Virus record (IMG/VR): IMGVR_UViG_3300021373_000885
DNA: 64,000 nucleotides
DNA from: an uncultured virus (IMG/VR IMGVR_UViG_3300021373_000885)
Taxonomy: Duplodnaviria > Heunggongvirae > Uroviricota > Caudoviricetes
Direction: 5' to 3' (one strand)
The notes under the pieces were generated by a model. It did not search any database and was not told where the DNA came from. It saw only the letters and a program-made list of their open reading frames with translations. The position numbers were made by a program, and so were the translations under genes. Within the stretch, counting starts at the first letter, position 1; the number at the start of each line of letters is the position of its first letter. Below, piece by piece: positions 30,401 through 37,767 of the stretch.

Positions 30401-33400
30401 ACCCTGAAGCTACAAAAGAACCAATTTTTGTGGGGGCTCCTACTACAAAATTAGCTTGGAAATCTACGTTATCTTTTGCTTTCTGTATGTTGCTTACTAA
30501 CTTGTTATAGGCTTTTTGCTCACTCTCATTATCGAACGCCCTTTGGCCGGGGTTATTTTTTAGTTTCCCTGCGAAATGACCGGGTTCATGACCCTGTTCT
30601 ATTTCCCATGCAGCTAGAGCGTCTTCTGCGTCAGTTACCATTTTTTGCGCCCCTTCCATCCATGTTTCTGCAACACGTAGTGCTAGGGGTTTGTCTAAGT
30701 CTGATGGTACGTAACCATCATCCATTTTTTGTTCTAACTCTTTTAGGTAGGTTAACTCTTCCGCTTCAGGGTGGTTTTCTTCCAACATGTCAATATGTAA
30801 GGATAACGCCTGCTTATCATCTAAATTATTTAAAACTGCTAACGTAGCTGTAGGGTCTGTTTTAATACTAGACATTAAATCTAGTGCCATCCCTTTAGAC
30901 TCATAAACCCTACCACTTTCCAATGGCGCCGTGCCGTCATCATTTAATTTATATCGCTCAGTGCCTGACTCATTGTATTGATAAGTTACAAACTTTTGCT
31001 CTGAATCACTCCATTCAGTATAAGTAAAGCCATCGCCACCAAAAGTCGCTGCTCCGTCGGGGTTTATATTGAAGTTAAAACCACTTTGGTCGAATAAACG
31101 TGTGTCTGAATCATAGCCCTCGTTAATTAGGTCGTTTAGATAATCACCTATTTGGTTAATGTTAGCCTCTTGTATCTTTATATCAAGCGGGGTTATAGCT
31201 TCAGCCACAACTTCGTCAGCATGTATCCTCGGTTCAGCGAAGAAGTCAACAATACTCTTACCATCAAGCGTACCTTTGGTAAGTAATTCATCGTTATATG
31301 CTTGTAGTCTTGATAACTTGTCTGTCCCCCCAGTAGTGGCGGAGTTTGTATAGGCGAGGAAGCGCAAAAAATCTTGGCTCAACTTTTGCAAAGATTCTGG
31401 CGTGTGTCTATGTATAGTTACTCCCATAGCATCAAATACACTAGTTAGAATCTTAGTAGCTTGTGCGCTGTAAAGAGCGTTATAGTCTTCGAGGGTGGTG
31501 GGTTCCCCTGCAGCTAGATCTTCAATAAACAGCTTCGCAATATCTTCTTTTGTATCGGTTGCTTCGAGAGACGCGCCACGCGCCATTGCAAGATTGAGGT
31601 ACTCAACATAGTCAAAGTCTGGGTTTAACTGCTCTAGAGTTGCTACGTAAAGATTATCAAATTCTGGCTGTAGTCTAAGATCGCCTGCGGCAGTTTCGGC
31701 AGTTAGGGTATTTCTTGCGCTGGTAAGCTCCGCTTTTGTATTATTGTATGCTTGAGGTATAGCGTTTATTTCAGCGGTTAATGTATTTATTTGTTGTATT
31801 ATTGTGGGTGCGGCAGAGACGTATTGGCTGTTAAACGTTTCGTAGTTATTCACATCAGCTTCAGTGGCGCCCGGCTCAGTTGCTAACCTAAACAGGCGCG
31901 CACGTTCATCTTTCATGTCGTCCAAATCCTTTTGGTATTTATCTCGCTCTTTAAGTTTATCTGCGTACTGGTCGTCGTACCCATCTAACTCGTTTTGTAG
32001 GTCAACAGTTTCACCGTATTTTCCAGTTATCTTATCGCTAAAGTCTTTTATAGCATCTACAAGTGCATCCCCATCACCACTATCAACTAGCTTTTTAATC
32101 GCGGCGACTGATGCGTTGGCTATGGTGTCTAGAAATACACGTCCCGGGGCTGGCCCATCGCCTATGGCAGCGCCTACTGCGTTTCTTACAGCCTGCGTTA
32201 AAATTGGGAGTGGTATGGCATCCGTTACATCGGAGTCTACCTTACTTACAGCATCCATAGTTACTAGGTTTTTAGTAAATATGTTTTGGCGTTGTTGTAA
32301 TGTAGTGTCACCACCAGCTAGTAGCTCTAGACCTATAGCCTCTTTTAAAGAATCTTTAACGCCGTCACCTAGTTCATCCCACGTAGCTTTACCTGCTTCA
32401 CCTATGCTATCTACAAACTTATTAACTGAGTCCTCGAAATTCTCACTAACTCCGGGAATTTCACTTATGTTAGTAAATTTACTCATCCCCGATACTACGG
32501 TATCCTTTAGCGGTTTAAATACCACTTCGTTTAATTTGTCTACTGTAACATCCAATGCAGCCTGAACACTGCCTAGAGAGTCCATAACCGTATCTGTAGA
32601 TTGTTTAATTATTTCAGAAAAATTTGTTGCCTCGTCTATCTCTTCTAACATATCCATAATGTCACCGAACGCCTCTTGGAACGCAGAGTCCTCAAGGTCG
32701 ATGTCTAATATAGTGTCTAGCCCGTCTTGCAAGTCCCCTACTAGCGTTTTAATGAAGGTTTTCGCTGCAGCAAATGTATCGTCTCCCATATCCTCAAACA
32801 AATCTACGACTCGACTACCTACTGCCCCAGCGGCGGCTTCTTCAAAAGGTACGCCCCTTACTACCTGAGTTGTTACATCAAATATATCGTCCATGAGGTC
32901 GTCATTTATCTTTGACGTGTCGAGTCCCAGAGCATCCAGTCCTGATTCAAAATAGTCTTGACCAAAACCATCTAACAGTATGCCTATAGCATCATTTTCG
33001 TTCTTCGCCTTTGCAGCATTTATGACCGTCATGGTCTGTTTATAGTTAAGACTTCCAAACCCTACATCAGATATAGCCATGTCATAAGCGGTCTGGTACG
33101 CTACGTCACCCATACTAACTACAGTTGTCCCTACAAAACCATCGGCTACTGCCTCCGCCTCAGCAGCTTCACGAGCAGCCTCACCTGCTTTTTCGGCGTC
33201 TGCAGTTGTAGCGGGCTTTTTCAAGTTGCCACTAAGTTTAGCAGCGGAGACGCCTAGGCTAAGATAATCACCTAGGTGTAAAGTTTCCCCTACCGCGGCC
33301 CTAAATGCGGTAAACATAACATTTACAGCGGGGTTTATAGACGCTAATATTCTTACAAACGGGTTGTTCCATATTGCCTCCGAGGGTGGTTTTTCCCAAT

Positions 33401-35603
33401 ACATGGGCTGCTCTACCCACACCATAGTGTACGACCCCACGGGAGCATCTCCCTTAGACAGGTCGTAAAACCACCCTTCTCCCCTATTCTGCTTCTGCGT
33501 GTACGTGCCATGTGAACCCTCAAGAGTCAACTCATCGTTACCAACAGCAAAATAGTCGTACTCTGGCATTTCCCCCTCAAAATACTTTTGGCTTGTGGAA
33601 CGCGTCTGAAAGTTTTGGCCCGATATTTGGTGGCCGTTTATCGTGCCTATAGGTTCTGTCGTAAGGAAATCTTGACTAAGGTCGTTCTCCGGCATTTTCA
33701 TGTACAAGCGCGTAGGGTCAAACCAAAGGTAATGAGGCTCGTCTTCCCCCCACGCTTCGTTGCCGTTCAGCTCGTCAGGACTAAATTTTATTCTGGAACC
33801 GTTAAGTTTTACGTGTAAGTCCCACAAGTCTTTCTCTTGTGCGCTACGGGTATCATTTCCTTCGGGGGGCTCTTTTAGGGCAACGTTTTGGTTGTCCCTT
33901 AAATCGTAGTATTTATCTCTATCTGCAATAGTAAACCCTCCTATCTCAGTTTCCTGATACAGAGGTAGCTGCGCTTCTAGTAACTCTTCAAGCCATGCCG
34001 TTTGGTATATACCCCAACCTACTACTTCAGCGTCAAACTCTATACCACCTACGGGAACCCCAGTCGCGCCATTTATAAGTTCTGCATTTAGTGAACCAGA
34101 CTGAAAATAGTTCATGCCGGGAGTGTAATTGTTTCCAGCGCTGTCTCTACTCATACTACTAAGCACACTTTGGCCGTATGTATTTGAATACCCCGCCATA
34201 TCATAGTTAGGGTCACGATCCATTGAAAAATTATCGCTGTCCTTGGGGTGCGCATTCGCAATAGCATCCCTCACCCAAAGATATACCGTTTCTTTATCTG
34301 CCCAGTTATCTATTAGGTTTCGGTGACTAGCCCAATCTTTTATTTCATCTAGTACGGCATTTGCCGCCGCCTCCGCGGTGTCTTCACCAACGTCGTCAAA
34401 TGATGATTCACCCAACAATAGGGGCACTTCTGCCAATTTTAACCTATGCAAAGCGTCTCGCTGCAGCCAAGTCATATCATTAGGGTTAGCTTGATATGCG
34501 GCAAGCGCATCGGCTAGCTCGTTTAGGTAGTTTTTAGCTGAATTTTTATTGTCCCAAGTAACTCTTCCATTAACCGTTAGGTTCTTGTCCGTAGTTAAGC
34601 CACGTATTACTTCAGGGTCAACCCCAAGAATGCCTGTCTCGTGTTCTAGTATGACTTCTCTAGTTAACGCCCTAGCAAATACGTCTAGCATTTTGGGGTC
34701 AGCGCCGTATGTTTGTATTTCTTTTGTGTTCGCGTCTCGCTGCTGCCACTTCTTTCTGAGGTGGGCAGGCATACCTTGCATGATTTCGTCCGCTACGTTA
34801 AACCCACTCCTAAGCGCTATGTCCATATACAAGGCGCCAATTTCTTCTAAAGGAATGTCAGTATGTACGCCTTCTACGTATTCTGGGGGTAGGGGTTCTG
34901 GCAGACGTTCAACATCAGAGCCCTCTATAAGGGGCATACGCTTATCAAACATCTGATAGAGTGATATAGGACTTCCTACAGAATCTCGCCCCATCATAAT
35001 TTCAAAACTTTCAGATTGACTTCCGTGACCCCCGTATGCATCCCCTGTGGTATATACCCGAAGGAACCGGTCAAGAAGCACATCTATGTTGTCTGGGTCT
35101 AGGGAGAGGTGACCCTCGGAAATGCTTCCATACTGCCAATTTAGATAACCAAAGACATCTGCGCCGCCTTTAGAGTCGGGGTTAAAAGCCCAAGATGAGC
35201 TAGTCTTTCCGTCAACAGTCCAAGAGGTTCCCTCCTCTTCGTATAGTCTATGTTTCGCGGATCGCGGGTCTGTCCAAGTCCCTGTATCGCGTATAGACTT
35301 ATAACCTTCTATTATTTCGTCTTCTGTAAGAGGTAAGTTATACCCTTGAAAACGAAAAGTATCGCGGATAGTTTCTGCCCCAGTAGTATATAGAGTAGGA
35401 GATGCTGAGAATGAGGTATCATACTTATCATTACGCCACCCCATTGCGCCATCTTCTTTAATCCCTATAGTAACACCTATCCGTCTAAGAACAGGTTGGC
35501 CCAAAGCGTTTAACAGCACGTCTTCTTTATTGTTACCTTTCGTTACGTACTCAAACCCAGAAGGGGCCGATCGGATGCGATAAATTGATATTGTTTGGCT
35601 CAT
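21411..35603 (-). CDS. giant acidic virion-associated protein (4730 aa) with a ~150-aa repeat array
   Basis: Uninterrupted 14,193-nt ORF, TAATG-coupled to the next gene. Confidence 0.8.
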   Translation of the reverse strand: MSQTISIYRIRSAPSGFEYVTKGNNKEDVLLNALGQPVLRRIGVTIGIKEDGAMGWRNDKYDTSFSASPTLYTTGAETIRDTFRFQGYNLPLTEDEIIEGYKSIRDTGTWTDPRSAKHRLYEEEGTSWTVDGKTSSSWAFNPDSKGGADVFGYLNWQYGSISEGHLSLDPDNIDVLLDRFLRVYTTGDAYGGHGSQSESFEIMMGRDSVGSPISLYQMFDKRMPLIEGSDVERLPEPLPPEYVEGVHTDIPLEEIGALYMDIALRSGFNVADEIMQGMPAHLRKKWQQRDANTKEIQTYGADPKMLDVFARALTREVILEHETGILGVDPEVIRGLTTDKNLTVNGRVTWDNKNSAKNYLNELADALAAYQANPNDMTWLQRDALHRLKLAEVPLLLGESSFDDVGEDTAEAAANAVLDEIKDWASHRNLIDNWADKETVYLWVRDAIANAHPKDSDNFSMDRDPNYDMAGYSNTYGQSVLSSMSRDSAGNNYTPGMNYFQSGSLNAELINGATGVPVGGIEFDAEVVGWGIYQTAWLEELLEAQLPLYQETEIGGFTIADRDKYYDLRDNQNVALKEPPEGNDTRSAQEKDLWDLHVKLNGSRIKFSPDELNGNEAWGEDEPHYLWFDPTRLYMKMPENDLSQDFLTTEPIGTINGHQISGQNFQTRSTSQKYFEGEMPEYDYFAVGNDELTLEGSHGTYTQKQNRGEGWFYDLSKGDAPVGSYTMVWVEQPMYWEKPPSEAIWNNPFVRILASINPAVNVMFTAFRAAVGETLHLGDYLSLGVSAAKLSGNLKKPATTADAEKAGEAAREAAEAEAVADGFVGTTVVSMGDVAYQTAYDMAISDVGFGSLNYKQTMTVINAAKAKNENDAIGILLDGFGQDYFESGLDALGLDTSKINDDLMDDIFDVTTQVVRGVPFEEAAAGAVGSRVVDLFEDMGDDTFAAAKTFIKTLVGDLQDGLDTILDIDLEDSAFQEAFGDIMDMLEEIDEATNFSEIIKQSTDTVMDSLGSVQAALDVTVDKLNEVVFKPLKDTVVSGMSKFTNISEIPGVSENFEDSVNKFVDSIGEAGKATWDELGDGVKDSLKEAIGLELLAGGDTTLQQRQNIFTKNLVTMDAVSKVDSDVTDAIPLPILTQAVRNAVGAAIGDGPAPGRVFLDTIANASVAAIKKLVDSGDGDALVDAIKDFSDKITGKYGETVDLQNELDGYDDQYADKLKERDKYQKDLDDMKDERARLFRLATEPGATEADVNNYETFNSQYVSAAPTIIQQINTLTAEINAIPQAYNNTKAELTSARNTLTAETAAGDLRLQPEFDNLYVATLEQLNPDFDYVEYLNLAMARGASLEATDTKEDIAKLFIEDLAAGEPTTLEDYNALYSAQATKILTSVFDAMGVTIHRHTPESLQKLSQDFLRFLAYTNSATTGGTDKLSRLQAYNDELLTKGTLDGKSIVDFFAEPRIHADEVVAEAITPLDIKIQEANINQIGDYLNDLINEGYDSDTRLFDQSGFNFNINPDGAATFGGDGFTYTEWSDSEQKFVTYQYNESGTERYKLNDDGTAPLESGRVYESKGMALDLMSSIKTDPTATLAVLNNLDDKQALSLHIDMLEENHPEAEELTYLKELEQKMDDGYVPSDLDKPLALRVAETWMEGAQKMVTDAEDALAAWEIEQGHEPGHFAGKLKNNPGQRAFDNESEQKAYNKLVSNIQKAKDNVDFQANFVVGAPTKIGSFVASGLAAMKAWIKTMPAMAARDGAFRRAVAEGKDVEKANELAQKEFQETLLTTEEDVDAIFNNDYVNIHNQIDQYAQGFLSDELVADTAEMHANIAAATGAVDKAKAIFGELYDKPDAFLGYFLGDELVPQLMTFGLSGFVGKQVTNVTAKSLGKDIAEALGSTASVGANATLELSEAFGETAVGTYNEVASELERIGFEGDIDAKAKEMAIRAGTQAIVILGATAPFGAFALDNRVLSKGTNDILYELSDRVEDLATVVTKESLTEFVQEAYVAGFTEQMLYDAGVTDRDVEGNIIENGVVGALIGGTTSAVTYGLTTPPPFYPTGGGGSDDMGTSGYTGNVFTSALLSNSDIRELSSTTSFNKYLENFLGGSRATIQDPDSTDPIEQAIGIIKIDVGNQRDDLSYLTADEARKLFVDAGMQGAIPEGAVTEFMQSKSDSPWVKAAIEAGSSDPVDMAENYLVYTYGEQAIGTGYTSAQHYDIIEHIRAIARDEAVLSGTFDYNNDNAISEADVDAYIANLPLREQTALENYDASKHEPTGIIDEIGGSLGMNSQDLLKLQQDIETLLARDPSATPQQVVDALINDPTNSGILQVQIETAVANQFKKDSVQSDFAEAIVDKLVADGTISSEVSSELKTIIGDPDAVVPEGVFKILEDLKTQIGLGDGDPESLTAYITDKIGTAGTFEDGVYQDDGTGLLGELTAQGVLQDVAIAEIKNLVGDPGDGTDANPATGIYEILGNLDIDFDTTALEGAITELANKIPDDLEATLLGLATNLGTPATATDVATGLYALVGDAITASENATAAGQDAKKAVEDILGDYATFAEFETALTGTIDEKIQGIADSFGKAPVFQYDVDGNVLRDEVTGQPLFATELRDHDDDPSTDKVEVVVGAPSGIQADIYNAMQLQGIDRDLALAVLETNINDKLVELQNFTTNATAAAIKTDILDVYFPAYTEDFDLGKEVAAERDYLLMMSEGLIPADLTYDYNGDGEVGADDLAEWAQGLTSAEATAENNYNTWAANKQGITPAIETLRAETDTGFKLVDSRLTSIESNVKKEITDNVNLAIGSPSSPLVGATGIYAAIEAGDTSITDILGSAGEDGSGVLRNLELLGLDAQEIKTFLETNLGSPAVSEDDATDTNPAKPATGVYALVDANTEQYKGLVDDYKILTNNYEVMSSNYSALLESANEQFGLLNNAIGQFPTLNDAGEYTGGGGLRLELFNQGLNINQINELLGSEGDEDSIVGKLKALQNGIDKAASTTDITGVLGEISALSTIVGSPAQPATDTEPAQTASGIYEALANVESTLKSTFNAELKKVTDAVNALSLGPDGTIQSSIRELAGQLDRLTEQSEITGVGQANTEVPASPLMLATIYAGMRQGEGFMVDRSYENFADPRMGMFHFGGSTDLGEAINFLEQYVNDNLSGEDLDAFEYFVDNESERVAAMVASDDPRIGLAKEVLDNGILSGLNASQIYIDQLDALNASLVGSPSDIYKDYGPTGLYEVIADAENTIEILRGELAAQGVDVDTINATLGSEDDENSIIGRIEALKTATESNTGKYEDLLQDYKDISDDYSGLADDYKGLVRNYYKKTQDISNNIGVLPTWDAEQQRYVGGSGIRKELFDQGLSLDQINTLLGSATDEASIMGKLEALKSVPGDITTVAGDIAALNTIIGEPKDSSLEGSKNSGIFLAIEDLSTTTASNTEKYESLLQNYSDISEDYSGLVDDYNTAVGEANTALGEVKTAIGELPTFNDETKEYEGGSGIRKELFDQGLSLDQINTLLGSAEDPDSILGALEELTNTDFASEYKLKLVQNDVNNIKASTTQLKNLIGKADSNQQKEGAQPSGIYKEIANLAATTASNTEKYETLLQNYSDISGSYDTLSTSIDSTLTNINTAIGELPTWNAETKAYEGGSGLRKELFDQGLTLDQVNAVLGSEDDADSILGRLKTISGATEDSAKKADLDVLSNLIGSPAVSEDDATDDNPAKAADGIFGEIEALSNTTASNTEKYETLLEDYGDVSNKYDALAEDYKTLADNTANKITAIDNTIGELPTDDDGDGVFEGGSGLRLELFNQGLGIDQINAILGSEDNPDTVVGKLKSIADATDLYAKQTDLSALSSIIGSPAVSVFDATDDNPAKAADGIFKAIDELATTTASNTEKYEDLLQNYSDITERYATVLDATKHVVLANAQAVSNIQQILGYVPDINDDGSLRGGAGLSLKLYEQGLTIDQINAVLGSEDDENSIIGRLNAIDSSTDTFAKQADIAALTAIIGSPAVSEDDATGDTPAKAADGIFKAIDDLATATISNTEKYEGLLQNYSDISGQYNTLTEDYKTLADSTANKIAEIDSTIGELPTFNDETQEYEGGSGLRLELFNQGLGIDEINAVLGSAEDENSIVGKLETLISSVNSAASSTDLQTASGNIANLATIVGVKDSDLETEGDQSTGLYGEIQTLAATTASNTEKYETLLQDYSDISGQYNTLAEDYKTLADSTADKITAIDNTIGELPTDNGDGTFSGGSGLRLELFNQGLGIDEINAVLGSAEDENSIIGRLAALQNATSSAASSSDLNSVTGSLDTLATIVGVKDSDLETEGDQSTGLYGEIQNLANVTASNTEKYETLLQNYSDISGRYETLAESTAEKIAAIDSTIGELPTDNGDGTFSGGSGLRLELFNQGLGLDEINALLGSEDDPASIVGRLSAITNATSAAVTASDLTPINNALNDLTAAIGSPAQPATDTEPAQSASGIYAELAGLVSAEVSSEISEIGTSLDDIAALLGKPTNLLTEEDVNLVSTYLAEEEVAYNALYDVNNDGTFDVEDERLIGNAFESGDYSEIADSNFGHATGMFAIQEQNQATIEQQQQDLVAAQQQYELDLAAEREAAVEAQREMQLEIESNIEQQLEQQAEQETEDKVMEALQAPGRKVTTKPGRKAEIKGIYDFESIFQDEEQESFYGAASPYGDNFLNDILFPQQRAKGGIIKDKTDEILKIIGDK
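22150..27050 (-). repeat. coding repeat array, about 9-10 units of about 440-465 bp
   Basis: Recurrent GGSGLRLELFNQGLxxDxINxxLGSxxD and ASNTEKYExLLxxYSDIS. 22581-22655 and 23040-23114 are near-identical (459-nt period). Confidence 0.9.
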
Positions 35604-35611
35604 TGAAGCCC

Positions 35612-35839
35612 CTATGCTGGGTCAAGAAATGCGAATTTATTATATATTCTGTTTCCGTCTTCGTCGTCTTCCCCAACATACTGTTGCATAAATAGGGTAT
35701 CTATATCAGTTCTTCCAGATAACGAAGTTTGAAGTGTAGCCAAAGCAGCATTTGCTGCAGGCATATCATCTTCAATTGTAGAGTCTACTACATCTACAGG
35801 CTCGTTAGCCACTATTTTTGTATACCCTATTTGTATCAT
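35612..35839 (-). CDS. hypothetical protein (75 aa)
   Basis: ATGA overlap with the tail-fibre gene; SD GGAG. Confidence 0.7.
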   Translation of the reverse strand: MIQIGYTKIVANEPVDVVDSTIEDDMPAANAALATLQTSLSGRTDIDTLFMQQYVGEDDEDGNRIYNKFAFLDPA

Positions 35840-37767
35840 ACTGTGTTCTCCACATACCCACTAATACTAGTTATAACGGTGCTTAGGTTGGTTATACTAG
35901 ACACATGGTCAAACACTATTCTAGTCTCGGTAGCCGTGGTTGACCTACCAAAACTAAACACCAAAGGAAGTTCTATGGTCTGATATGCGGTAGTAGATCC
36001 TATTGTTACGTATTGGTTGTTAAATCCTAAATCGTTTACAAAGGTACCTGAACTAGCAAAATTCACAGTGCTGTAAAAAACTTCTACCCCATTGTACGCA
36101 GTGGTGGCGTCAGGAAACTTTGATACTCTAAAATATGTCCTGTCATTCACGCTATCGTAATAAACACCAACAAAAGCACCTAGGTTAGCTCCCGTAGAGC
36201 TAGTGCCTACACCACCTCGGTTGCTAGCAAAGCTCGAAGTCTTGTCCCCTGACACATAATACCAAGCGTTATAACTGGAAGGGGAAGAAGAGTAAGTTGC
36301 TGTTCCCAAAGAAAATCCAGCATTAGTTTTTGATTTTATAGCTACTTTGATATTCCACTGGTGGTTTTCTTTTATTGAACTAGAACTACTATTATAAAAC
36401 CTAACCCGTATTGCAGCGTTTAGCGATTGCGTGGCCTCATTACCCCCCGGAGGAGCTGGAATGTCTGGCTCATATATTGTAACTGCAGATGTGGTAGATA
36501 TACTTTGCGTGCCCGTAGTGCTGAAAGCATGTTTGCTACTAAACGGCCCACTTATTTTTGCAGAGGTTACAGCATCATCAGCTATCTTTGCTGTGGCTAC
36601 AGCGTTAGTTGTTAGTTTATTAGTAGTGATGATAAAATCACCTAGTTGGGTTGTGCCCACAGAGTTGTCCGCTAACTTAGTGTTAGTTACTGCGTCATCA
36701 GCTATTTGTGCTGTAGCTATAGTCCCACTTAGACTAGATGTAGGGTAGTTAGTAGCATCGCTTAGATCAAATGCAGGGGTAGCATCCGCGCCCCCAAGAG
36801 ACAGTTGAACACCACCATAAGAGACAGTGGAATTAGATAGCTTTGCATTTTCTATACTCCCAGCGAGTTGCGCATTCGTTATGGGGTTCGCGGTTATATA
36901 GTCGCCCACCTTGGTGTCAAAAGACACAGTAGTTGCTATGTTACTAGCGTCACCCATGAATATGTTGCCATTATTTAGGTTAGGTGTAGCATTTGTACGT
37001 CCTGCCCCCATTACCTTCACAGAGCCCGCTGAGGCGTGTGACCTAGTAACTTTGGCTATTTTTTGTACAGCACTAGATTCTCCTGTTGGAGCTGTAGATA
37101 CAAGTGCACCTGCTGTAGTGCCTACAAATAACTCGTCACCCTCTGAATAAGATGACGTATCTATGCCAGATAACGTACCAAACGTGTATACCTCAAGGCT
37201 GGCGTTGTTACTAACTGTTATAGCTGCTAACCCAAATGCGGGCATTTTAGCGGAATCATTGGCATCTGCCTTACTAACAACCGTAGTGTTGCCCGATATG
37301 CCTGATATATAGACTACATCGCCTTTCGTTAAATCTTCTCCTGCCTTAGCCTTGAATACTACCGCACCACGTAGGTCGCCAATAAACTCGGTGGCTTGGA
37401 CATTACCTACTACGTCTAACGCTTCTGAGGGGGTGGTTGTAAGTATCCCGACTCTATTGTTTACCGCATCAACATACAACGTGTCAGTGTCCACTACCAA
37501 CCCACCAACAGTCAGCGTATATTCTGTAGTATCGTTTTGATCTTTTCGTAGGTACCTAGCTTCTAACTTAGAATCGGGTATAGAGCCATCAATGATGTCA
37601 CTGGTATCAAATTGCAGCGCTTGACGTAACGCCTCATCAATTTCTTTAAAATACAACCTAAGAACTAAGTCTTTATTGTACATGTATGAGGCATTGTACT
37701 CAGTTGGGGGTTGTGGCAACGCAGGTACAACAAAAGTTTTTGCCGAGTTACGTATTTTGGTAGCCAC
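35836..37767 (-). CDS. tail fibre / appendage protein
   Basis: TLYVDAVNNRVGILTTTPSEALDV fibre motif; AGEDLTKGDVVYISG (DUF2190-like); 10-aa repeats such as AKIADDAVTS; Ser/Thr-rich distal domain. Confidence 0.8.
   Translation of the reverse strand: MATKIRNSAKTFVVPALPQPPTEYNASYMYNKDLVLRLYFKEIDEALRQALQFDTSDIIDGSIPDSKLEARYLRKDQNDTTEYTLTVGGLVVDTDTLYVDAVNNRVGILTTTPSEALDVVGNVQATEFIGDLRGAVVFKAKAGEDLTKGDVVYISGISGNTTVVSKADANDSAKMPAFGLAAITVSNNASLEVYTFGTLSGIDTSSYSEGDELFVGTTAGALVSTAPTGESSAVQKIAKVTRSHASAGSVKVMGAGRTNATPNLNNGNIFMGDASNIATTVSFDTKVGDYITANPITNAQLAGSIENAKLSNSTVSYGGVQLSLGGADATPAFDLSDATNYPTSSLSGTIATAQIADDAVTNTKLADNSVGTTQLGDFIITTNKLTTNAVATAKIADDAVTSAKISGPFSSKHAFSTTGTQSISTTSAVTIYEPDIPAPPGGNEATQSLNAAIRVRFYNSSSSSIKENHQWNIKVAIKSKTNAGFSLGTATYSSSPSSYNAWYYVSGDKTSSFASNRGGVGTSSTGANLGAFVGVYYDSVNDRTYFRVSKFPDATTAYNGVEVFYSTVNFASSGTFVNDLGFNNQYVTIGSTTAYQTIELPLVFSFGRSTTATETRIVFDHVSSITNLSTVITSISGYVENTV

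Noticed and set aside
11400..34956. Numerous + strand ORFs of 60-230 aa opposite the virion genes
   Set aside because: They are Ser/Leu/Phe-rich antisense shadows of acidic minus-strand genes, with no SD or recognisable motifs.
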